A stretch of DNA of 63,154 bases, the filler included, from Phoronis australis (lineage: Eukaryota; Animalia; Phoronida), in NCBI GenBank assembly GCA_002633005.1. It is 9 parts of 9 records of this genome, joined end to end, with 100 filler letters (N's around TTAATTAATTAA, not from the genome) between each part and the next. Parts side by side here need not be neighbours in the genome. Positions count along the whole stretch, not along the records: positions 46,500 to 56,463 come from NMRA01000814.1; positions 56,564 to 60,995 come from NMRA01002590.1; positions 61,096 to 63,154 come from NMRA01001465.1; 6 more parts are not named here. One strand, 5' to 3'. Each line of letters opens with the position of its first letter. Position 1 is the stretch's first letter. The notes beneath the pieces were generated by a model, which searched no databases, had not been told where the DNA came from, and worked only from the letters and a program-made list of their open reading frames with translations. The position numbers and the translations under genes were made by a program. Below are positions 53,098 to 63,154 of the stretch, in pieces.

Positions 53098-53137
53098 TTT
53101 GGCGCGAAACTCTTGCCTCCTAAAACATCACTTCCGG
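53098..53137. promoter_or_regulatory. E2F site plus ETS/GABP-like site, candidate POLE3 promoter
   Basis: TTTGGCGCGAAA (53098-53109; reverse complement TTTCGCGCCAAA) and CACTTCCGG (53129-53137), ~1.3 kb upstream of the ATG. Confidence 0.5.
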
Positions 53138-53844
53138 AGTAGAGGACGAGAAATTAATCAAATTAAGAAAAGCTGTAATTAAGTGAAAAACGTGTCTGGG
53201 ATAATCAACGAACCTTATTTTTGCTAAAAATGACATGAAAAAAGGTTGCCTTCGCCTTTAACAGTCTTAACCTCCACCCTAATCATAACCCTAATTAGGT
53301 CGCCCTAACCCAAGCATTAAAACATATGGAGGTTTTGTCCCAACCTGTTAACCCTAAGATGGTAATTAGTGATTAGTGATTAGTAATTCCGAGTCCGAAA
53401 TTTTCAAGACTCATTTTCATTTCAACTCATTTCAAGCATGTTGTTAAGTAAGGGGTTGTTCTAAAACCCCCTCCACCCCCATATTCACGTTAGCGTACTC
53501 TCTCCCCAAGTTTATTAGAACTGGGCCATTGATAGCCACACGTGGACTTATTTCCGTGACAACGATAGCGCGCTCACAATGCGCTATTCAAAACCACCAG
53601 TGTTCTCACGCCACTTTCTGTTTTAAATCACCAGACTCCAACCATAGCTAACTCGCGTGTAGGTATAACTAGTTATGGGAAAGTCACTCAGCGACGTAAT
53701 AAGATTATGAAATAAGCAAAAAGTGCAGATACCTCTATTACCACAGGTCGTGGGTCGAGGGGGTCGTGGGTTGAAGCGTGTGGGGGTCGAGGGGGTTTCA
53801 GAACAATCCTCAAGTAAGTCAACGGTATTCCAGTATGTCATAAA

Positions 53845-54301
53845 AGCCGAGATTACCCGACCTCGGGAATCAAACCAGGGACCCCGATTTAACCAGCGAG
53901 CGTGCTAACCATTCAGCCAATAGGCAATTGCCCGTTAGCGAGTAGCTAGCAGAGAGGCTCACATTCACCGGAAGCACATTCACAACATTCCCCCCATTTC
54001 CTAATAACAAGCGCGCCCTTTAACTCCTGGACTACGTCACAAGATTTCACTCCTGGATTTTTACCTGACCAGGATAACTGCCTGACAGATGAACCCCAAG
54101 ATTGTCTCGCATAATGGTCCTCGACTCCTGGTCTAGGCTCACCATCAAGGGTCCTGAATAGCCGAGATTACCCGACCTCGGGAATCGAACAAACGACCCC
54201 AATTTAAACAGCGAGCATGATAACCATTCAGCTAATAGGCAATTGCCCGTTAGCGAGTGGCTAACAGAGGCTCATAGATTCACCGAAGCACTTTCACAAC
54301 A
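53845..54301 (-). mobile_element. TRIM-like non-autonomous LTR element with tRNA-derived LTRs
   Basis: ~142-bp direct repeats 53845-53987 and 54160-54301 starting TGTTGTG on the minus strand; PPT GGGGGGAA abuts the 3' repeat; PBS-like TGGTGAGCCTAGACCAGGAGTCGA; A and B boxes inside the repeats. Confidence 0.7.
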
Positions 54302-55274
54302 TATAAAACTAAAATTAAACCGCAGAACTTGGGTTAAGATTAACTGATTTAAGTCAGTCAGTGAACCACTCTGTCACTGACACTGTAATAACCAGATAAC
54401 GTAAGTTATTTAGAGCATGGATTTGTATCTCAAAATTAGACACCACTAATAGCGACTGTGCTGTCCGGCGGCTTTTACTCATGATTCCCTGACTAAAGCA
54501 AAAAAGCACGAATATGCAACAAACAAATAGACAAAAGCAGAAATGCATACCGAGGAAACGGAAGTCATTGAAATACGGCGCGTAATCACTCACCACACAG
54601 TCGTTAAAGGTATCCAATTTTTCTCATTTTCCAAAATGAATGCTGACTTTAATCGAAACAAGTATATTATTAAAGTTTAAAAAGTATCTAAAACTGACAA
54701 AATATTTTCAAAACAAGTATTTAATTGAAAAACTACACTTCGCTGTATGACAACGCATGCGCAGTTAAAGACGAGGTGAGTAGAAAACCGAAATATTGGG
54801 AGATCTGTTGTTCGCTTCAAGCTGAGTTCTTTGGTTTTAAAGTTAAATTTCAATTGATAAGCGGCCACACTGTATAGTTCAGAACATTCTAAATCACTTT
54901 ATTAAGAAAAGTGATGTCCTGACTGTCATTTTCATCGCTGTTTTTTATGAATCTACGTCGGCCCTTAGTGTTGATTTCTTCTGGACTGAGAGTGAGAGTT
55001 TGCTCGAAAGAGGGCGGTGTTCAGGGACGAATTCACTCAAACTATTTTCGAAGTGTCCGTGCAAGTAGTAGCAATTTTGCTGTACTGAGGCCATCTGCGG
55101 CATTTCACCTGTACAACATTTTAGAACTCAAGAATTACAAAAAGATTCACAAAGGCAGTGACTTTCAGGTAAATTAGATTCATTCAATGCCCGTGGCCAC
55201 AGGCACAGGCGTCCTCAGACTCAGCTTCTGATGGTCCCAATACACTATATATATACTACAAGATATGACAATCG

Positions 55275-55771
55275 GGACTAGAAATTCCATGGGTGCTTCA
55301 GTTCAGCCGTCCGTATGGTGTCCTGCTCCAGTGAGTTCGCAAGAAATTCGCGGTCAAAGCACAAAAATCTTCCAAAAAGCCCATGCGTACTAACTCCCCT
55401 GTTCCACACAAGTCTGTTCAAGGTCAAGTATGGTATGTAATTATCTGATGAGTTACGGATAGACGGCAATTGCCGGTTCATGATCGACAGAAGGTTACAA
55501 AATGATTTGGCTAAGCGTGGAGTTATCGATATTGTTATATTCCGTGACAAATCGGCAATTTGCGTGGGACAGTGGCGTTAGTCGGCATGGGTTTTTTGGG
55601 AAGATTTTTATGCTTTGACCGTGAATTTCTTGTGAACTCGCTTGAGCAGGACAGCGTAAATGGTACTAAAAGAAAGAACAATTGCTCATGGTGTGTTGAA
55701 CCCCTGTTTTGTGTAAATTTATTGAGTTCTGTGTTTGACATGAGTTGAAGCACCCATCGAATTTCTAGTCC
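55275..55771. mobile_element. MITE with long imperfect TIRs
   Basis: GGACTAGAAATTC.ATGGGTGCTTCA / TGAAGCACCCAT.GAATTTCTAGTCC, plus a further ~65-bp inverted match (55320-55387 vs ~55585-55652). Confidence 0.8.
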
Positions 55772-56339
55772 TAAGTGTCTTACCTTATAGGTTATTGGGG
55801 ACGATCAGAAGCTGAGAACGCCTGAGCCTGTTGCAAGGAAATAGTTGATATGTGTTGTCGTATTTGTCTTTAAATTGGGCTAGCAAAGCTAGCTCAGAGA
55901 TGGTGACCATATCACAAGCACTGTGGCTCTGTGTGCCTAAAGCTTTTGCATAGTTATGCCTCACACTGGTTAAACCATGGGAGTTACATTGCTTTGTAGA
56001 CAATGACAGTCGTCTCTACTGGCAGAGATGTCAGATAAATGATGGACTTTCTTTGCTTAACACTACAGTATGTGATCACTGTTGCACTAACTGATTCAAG
56101 TGAGGAGTTTTAAAGTAAAAACCTTGTAACTCAAAGGGTTTGTATGAGTTAAGTTTTGAGGGGAATGTTTTAATCATTGTGTTCTGAATGGGAATTTTGG
56201 GGCCTGGTGATTGGAATTAGGTGTGAGAGTGGAGGATGGTGTAATATTCAACCTCAAAATAGAGTCTGGCTCATTACTTGATCATTGCCTGGTTCTTAAA
56301 ATCAGGGATGCCTATATTTGACTAGTGGCTGTGCTTCTT

Positions 56340-56463
56340 GTTGGGAAGGGAGGGCATAGGGCATTGTGTTGGGAAGGGAGAGCATAGGGCAATGTGTTGG
56401 GAAGGGAGAGCATAGGGCAATGTGTTGGGAAGGGAGAGCACAGGGCAATGTGTTGGGAAGGGA
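56340..56463. repeat. 28-bp tandem repeat (TGTGTTGGGAAGGGAGAGCATAGGGCAA), gap-adjacent
   Basis: Direct reading. Confidence 0.92.
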
Positions 56464-56563
56464 NNNNNNNNNNNNNNNNNNNNNNNNNNNNNNNNNNNNN
56501 NNNNNNNTTAATTAATTAANNNNNNNNNNNNNNNNNNNNNNNNNNNNNNNNNNNNNNNNNNNN

Positions 56564-59047
56564 GAAACAATTGATACGCAGTAAGATGACAATTGGACTT
56601 GACTGTAAGTCGGATTGTGAACTGGGAGTTTGTGAGCCTCGTGTTCAAGGTAAACTGCACAGAGCCAGCTTTCCAGAAGGCAAGGCTCATCGTAGCAATG
56701 TTCCTCTGGGACTCGTGCACACTGATGTTTGTGGTAAAGTGAGCACAGCTTCCCTCAGTGGCTGTGAATACTTTCTATTATTTGTCGACGATTATTCCCG
56801 GTATACTTGGGTGTACTTCATCAAGCGTAAGGATCAGGTATTCGATACCTTTTTAGAATGGAAGGCTATGGCTGAGAATCTTACTGGTCAGAAACTCAAA
56901 ACTCTCAGATATGACAATGGAGGAGAGTACATTTCAAAGCAGTTTGAACAGTACCTCAGACGAGAGGGAATCAGACACCAAGTAACTGTTCCGAAGACAC
57001 CAGAGCAAAATGGAGTTGCCGAAAGAATGAATCGCACCCTTGTCGAAACTGCACGCTCAATGCTTGCTGAATCGCTTTTGCCCCAGAAATTTTGGGCAGA
57101 GGCAGTCTCCCCTGCTACCTATTTGCGAAACCGAAGTCCTACGATGGCAGTAAAAGGTCAAACTCCATTTGAGCCTTGATGGGCGAGAAACCGAGCGTTG
57201 ATAATCTACGTGTTTTGGCTGCAGAGCATATGCACATGCCCCTAAGGACGAACGTTCAAGGTTTGATTCAAAATCTAGGAAGACCATCTTTCTGGGTTAT
57301 GCACCTGATAGTAAGGCATATCGTTTGTATGATATAACTCGTGATCGCGTCATTCTTACTCGTGATGTTGTGTTTGACGAGTACATATTCGGACTTGAGA
57401 AGGAGTATAAAAGGCCAACGGTACTGCCCGAGATTGGTAGTGAGAAATGCATCGATGTGGAACAGGCGGATGACAACCAGTCAGAAGTGAATGAAACTCC
57501 TGATGATTCGGTAGAGTTACGTAGATCGAACCGCGAGAGACGCAGTCCAGATAGGTATGGTGAATGGGTTTACACTGCTCAAAAAAATGTCTGAACCTAT
57601 TTCGGTGGGTGAAGCATTATCCGGGCCTAACAAGGTAAACTGGAGATCTGCTATGGATAAGGAATTGGAATCACTCCGTGAACACAATGTGTGGACATTG
57701 GTTGAACCCTCCATAAATCGCTCTGTTGTTGGGTGCAAATGGGTGTTTAAAGAGAAACTTGGGTCTGACGGCTGTGCTCAGCGTTACAAGGCACGGTTAG
57801 TGGCTCAGGGTTTCTCACAATGTTTAGGTCAGGACTATGACGACACTTTTAGTCCTGTTGTGAGACCGGAGTCTGTGCGAGCACTGATTGCTCTTGCATT
57901 AAAACAAATTATGATGCTTCATCAGATGGATGTTAACACTGCATTTTTAAATGGTGTGTTACATGAGGTGTATATGAGAGATTTGTTGAGAAAGGCAAGG
58001 AAAACCTTGTCTGTAAGCTCAACGAGAGTATTTATGGGTTGAAACAGTCACCTCGTTGTTGGAACATTGTTTTGGATGAGCATTTGCATAACATTGGTTT
58101 TAAACGCTCAGATAATGATCCATGCATTTATATGTTGGATGGTGGTACTGCTATACTACCTTTTTATGTCGATGACATAATTATTGCTGCAACTGATGAT
58201 GAAGAAATGTCAGAGATTAAGCGAGCAATAAAGGCAAAATTCAAAGTAACTGACATGGGTGAATTGAAATACTTCTTGGGGGTTGTGATTGATCAGCTAT
58301 CAAGTGATTGCTCAGTTAGTTTGTCATAATCAGCTTACACGACCAAAGTACTGGACAAGAAACTTGAACCAAATGATGTTGCTACTTTTGATCAGGAATT
58401 ATATCAGTCTGCTGTTGGAAGTTTACTATATCTGAGTCAGTGGACAAGGCCAGATATAGCATTTGCAGTGAGTCGTGTTTCTCAGTTCTGCTCGAAACCG
58501 ACCGAACAGCACTGGTCTGCTGTTAAGCGGAAAATGCGATACTTGAAAGGAACGGTTCATTTCGGATTGCGATTTCCAAGTAGTGAGCTCTCGGACTGTG
58601 TTAGATATTCCGACTCCGACTGGAGAGGAGATATCGTATTCGACATCTGGATATATTTTTTATGTGACTGGATCAGTTGTCAGCTGGAGAAGCAAACATC
58701 AATCATGTGTTGCTCTGTCATCAGCTGAAGCGGAGTATGTTGCCTTGGGGATGGCTGCGCAAGAAGCCATGTGGCTTTCCAAACTTGTGCTCGAGTTGAG
58801 TGGAATTCAAAAACCGGTGACTATTTTTGAGGATAACCAGGCAGCCATATCAATGTGTCACAATCAAAAATTTCATGGTCGTGCCAAACACATTGAAATC
58901 AAACATCACTTTATCCGTGATCTGGTCAGCACTGGTTCTATTGACTTAAAGTATTGTTGCACTGCACTAATGATAGCAGACATGTTGACGAAGCCATTGC
59001 CAAGAGAAACATTTGAAAAACTCAGGGCCATGGCAGGAGTTAGTTAA
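56564..59047 (+). mobile_element. Ty1/Copia retrotransposon pol (integrase-RT-RNase H), disrupted by stops and frameshifts
   Basis: VHTDVCG, DNGGEY, PEQNGVAERMNRTL (integrase); YKARLVAQGFSQ, HQMDVNTAFLNG, YVDD (RT); ALSSAEAEY, KHIEIKHHFIRD, ADMLTKPL (RNase H); integrase-before-RT order. Confidence 0.96.
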
Positions 59048-60537
59048 ACATTAGTTTGTTAGTTGCTCAACGGTTAACATATGTGAGGAGGAGTGTTGGC
59101 ATATATTAGTTAACGTCTAGTGAATACTTTATCATAACTGCATTGAGGACTTTGAGAAAATCTTTTATTAGTTATGTTTGAACTTAAACACTAACAACTG
59201 AGGAGGAGTGTTGAAAATCATTTATTAGTTTAAGTTTCTTCTATGTTACATCGACCGCATTATTACGATTAGTTGTTTCGTTGTAGTTAGTCTCTTTTTT
59301 GGCACAATAGATTGGGTCATTCTCACCACGTGCTGTGATTTCTTTTTTTGCAACCAAAAGTGATATATTTCAACACCACTGACGTCGCTGCGTCGTTTCT
59401 CACCTTCCTCACGGGTTAACGCGACACCTCTCGGCAAGGTGAGGTCGACCGTATAAGAAGCGATGTGGATATAGACCGATTAAGACGGTAAAAAAGACTA
59501 ATTAAATCGGGTGGCATTCTCCTTTAAAGTCCTTGGTTCTCTCGACTGTACTTTTCTGCCCCTGCTATGAAATCAGTTCGATTTATATAAAGTTATTCAC
59601 GAAATTAATAACACATCAAACTAAGCTATAATAAATCGGCGTAAACGAGACATGTCTTCTATCAACTACTAGCGAATATTTAATTCCACACCAATATCCG
59701 CAATCATTTAGGAAAACTCCAATTATTTCTGGTTTGCTTTTATGGAATAGTTTACCACTGGAAGTGTTAAATCATTCTTAAAGGTGATAGTCTCACACCT
59801 CTTCCTGATACTAAATTATGTTTATTGCATGAAAAAGAAGTCATCGGTAACCAATTGAGAGCGGGGTTGTACCTCACTTCAGAGAAGTTCTAACATAACT
59901 TTGCCAATTTGTCTATAAATGTATCTGAGGTGTAATTAATAGTGATGCCCACTACTTGCTTTTATGCCCCATCTATAATGCTGAGCGTGAACAGCTCTTT
60001 CGCAACCTGCAATCCAACGATCATATGTGGTTACATTTTCAAAATCTGTCCTGCTCCATTACCGTATGAATGTGTTCTTGTCTTGTTTTCTTTACGTTTG
60101 GCATAGTTGCTCAATATTATGTTTTGTACGTCATTGGGTTATAGTTAAAAAGCTTGAATATAACAGTTTGCTTTTTGTTGTATTTAATGTATTGTCATTT
60201 ATTTGTGTAGCAATAAAAAAGAAAACTCAACTTCCACTAAGGTGCTCCACAGAGGACCTGGTAAACTCAGTGGCGGACCTAGGATATCACAAGGGGGGGG
60301 GGCGCAACATTTTGTCCGGCTGTAAACATTTGCGCAAACTGAACCACGATTGTAGATGCGCATAGCACCGAATGGGGGGAGGTCGGGAGGGGGGTTTGCC
60401 CCCCTTCCGCTCAGGAAATTTTTCTGTTTTTACATCTAAAAATCAAGTATTTTCCTTGATTCCTGAAGTATTATCCAAGAAAAAACGGCAAAAAAAAAAC
60501 ACAGAGAACGTGTCAAACAGGAAAAACTGCTAGTATC

Positions 60538-60597
60538 AAAGATTCGAACTCACGACCTTGCGCATAGAGCGAGCGTGCGTTACCACTACACCACCAC
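60538..60597 (-). mobile_element. tRNA-derived SINE-like head
   Basis: GTGGTGTAGTGG (A box) ... GAGTTCGAATC (B box); no intact cloverleaf. Confidence 0.55.
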
Positions 60598-61676
60598 GAT
60601 TTCACTACTAATCTCATACTAAGAGACCTACTTGTTTATGGTCCACAGCGTTTGCGCGCGAAACCTACTTCTTTTTGTAATGCTTATTACACGTTGTGTG
60701 CCATCGATTCTTAACAAATTTGTCGTATTTAAAATATTCTTCAAATGCCCAAAAGACCAAATCCGTTTTTCGTGTTTGCAATAATGACGGGATTGCTTTC
60801 GAAATCGTCTTAACATAAGGTTTGACAAAGAGAGTACTGCAAATTTCTGAGTGATTCATTAAGGCTTCGATTAAAATTCCCATCTTACCAGCAGCTTCTG
60901 TTTTTTCATCGTCACTAAAGTTCCATTTTCTTTAAAAAATGAAGTAAATTTTCTTCATTGCACAGTGGAGCAGACGACGGAAACTGAGTCGTAGTNNNNN
61001 NNNNNNNNNNNNNNNNNNNNNNNNNNNNNNNNNNNNNNNTTAATTAATTAANNNNNNNNNNNNNNNNNNNNNNNNNNNNNNNNNNNNNNNNNNNNTGTTG
61101 GAAGGTAATGTAAATTAACGCTTTAAGAAACATTGTCGGAAGATATTGCAGAATAACTCCAGGAGGAAAAATATTGGAATTTTATTGTAAAATAACCCTG
61201 GGAGGAAATGCATTGGAATGTGTTCTACATGTAGAGTAACTTGGGAAGGAATGAAGTTCAAATGTCCTATTGGATATCATGCGTTGGAAGGTATTATAGA
61301 ATAACTTGGGAAGGATAGACTTTGGTGTGTACTGTATAATGATGCCGACAGGGTAGGTTTTGTAATGTATTGTCGAATAATAGGGATAGGAAAAGTGTTG
61401 CAAGATACAAAAAAGCAGGAAAATAAGAAGTTAGATGGTAAGCTCAAGTGTATGCTTGAAGGTCAAGGTTGAACTTCTCCGCTGGAAGTTCAAACTTGTA
61501 AATATTTGAATCCCAAGGTACTGCAGGTTTAGTAAATGACTATTTTTAAGATGGCCGAAGATGAACAGAAATTGAATCAGCCATGACAGTCCACAAGACA
61601 GACCTAGACTAAGCGGCATGTGTTCCTTGAAATTAGTCTTGATTCGAAATGAATTTAAGAAGTACATGTACTGGAG

Positions 61677-61765
61677 AGGAGGCAGTGTGGCCTAGTGTGG
61701 CACGTGCCTGCTTTCTTTATTCGAGGTCGTGGGTTCGAGTCCTATTGGGTCACACTGCCAAACCC

Positions 61766-61800
<35 letters not shown>

Positions 61801-61919
61801 ACATAAAAACATAAAAATGGTTCCACCACCAGGTGCTCAGTGCCAGGGGCCCACATGCGCAACCTGCGCACATCTGGTACAGCGTGTATTAGACTGCCTA
61901 CAATTATCATTTTTATATT
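61677..61919 (+). mobile_element. tRNA-derived SINE with 14-bp TSD and internal (TA)n
   Basis: A-box-like TGGCCTAGTG and B box GGTTCGAGTCC; TACATGTACTGGAG on both flanks (61663-61676, 61920-61933). Confidence 0.85.
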
Positions 61920-62989
61920 TACATGTACTGGAGGGTATTATTGGTTGACACTGGGGGATCCAGAATGTTGCTAAGGACGACCACAATTTGCGAAGGAAAA
62001 CTGTTCTCTGCTGCCCTTGAAAACAACACACCTGCCTCATTTTTGGTCTTGTTAGGATGGCCAAAGGGGTACCTTAGATCCGTGTAAGGAATTTAGACTC
62101 TTGCGAATTTTGATAGAATTTGTTTTCAGTTCCTTTTGGGAAAAAGATTCACCCGGATCAGAAGTTCTTACTAAATGACAACGGGGATTACGTAACGTTC
62201 AAGAACTTATGCAAATACAAACTAGTCTCCAGAATGGTGGCGAAGGTAAGAAACAGTAACCCTAACGAATAGTTTGATCAAACTTGTTTTTGGAGACAGT
62301 CAAAAGGAGATTGAAGATTGTACCTAACGCAAGATTTAATCGACGTTTCGTTGTAATACTTTATACCTTCTTCAAGATGGGGTTATTCATAGAACAAACA
62401 TGGCTTTTGTTCAAATTAGAATGCATGATGTGCAAGTAAAATTCAACATCCAGACCACCTACAGTATAGTAGAAATGGCCCAATGTTCCTACTGAGGGAA
62501 CTCTCAGCATCTTTTTGCCTAAAGTTTTTAGGCACTTGGAGTAGCAACTTGTCCTCATTAAATTCTCTATTACATATCGTCATTTCAAAAGTCCATCTGA
62601 TGACCCGTTACCACTGAAAAAATAACTAGAGCTTCATTTTTAATCACAATGCACATGCACTCCTGTTTTTTGGTTAATCTTAAAATTTGCGTTAATTTTT
62701 TTCAAATTTACTTATTGTTCATAAGCACACTTGGTTTTACTTTCATGTAAAGTGTGGGTGGCTTTAGGTGGACACTACAACTTTCATTAGTTCCTGGTTC
62801 AAGATAAAGCTTGGTAGAGTTAAATGACCAAGCCCTGTTGACTGACGACAGCAGAATGTTTGCCACTGATTGCCACGGAAGACCACACATGTACATGTAC
62901 ATGTAAATCAATGCGGACTCACCTCGCACTTGGAGACACATTTGTTCTCATTGGTCAACTGTACCTAGTAAACATTCACATTCACCACG

Positions 62990-63154
62990 CAGTGGTGGAT
63001 TTAGATGGGGGCCCAAGGAGGCCATGCCCCCCTCCCCCTAAAACTCTCCCAGATCCCATTTTGGTAATTGGGGGATGCGAATGTATGACGGGCAAAATCC
63101 TGGCTAATAATCCGGCCTGCCCCCACGCCAACTAAAAATCCTGGATCCGCCCCT
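62990..63154. mobile_element. MITE of a CAGKGGCGGATY-ended family (related ends near 26111, 39420, 60268)
   Basis: CAGTGGTGGATTTAG ... CTGGATCCGCCCCT inverted termini with G/C-run subterminal sequence. Confidence 0.6.

Overview
AT-rich animal (probably marine invertebrate) genomic DNA from a fragmented draft assembly. It has N gaps, artificial N-TTAATTAATTAA-N linkers, and several near-identical duplications joined by a single N that look like uncollapsed alleles. Four intron-containing genes can be reconstructed, most of which the ORF track misses. (1) A small death-effector-domain (DED) protein on the minus strand, about 11.0-16.3 kb. (2) Exon 1 of COA3/CCDC56 on the minus strand, duplicated, ending at a U12-type GTATCCTTT donor. 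(3) A complete SEC61G on the plus strand (68 aa), head-to-head with COA3. (4) A complete POLE3/CHRAC17 on the minus strand (159 aa). The rest is repeat-rich: a deleted Gypsy element, a Copia pol region, a LINE RT fragment, a solo LTR with TSD, tRNA-derived SINEs, MITEs and minisatellites. The most notable observations are: a ~460-bp non-coding LTR element whose LTRs carry a tRNA-like Pol III promoter, with a tRNA-Arg-like PBS and a PPT; a ~300-bp inverted repeat with a minimal hammerhead-ribozyme core in each arm; and a 69-bp duplication of a POLE3 splice acceptor. All calls come from manual reading; no database searches were run.
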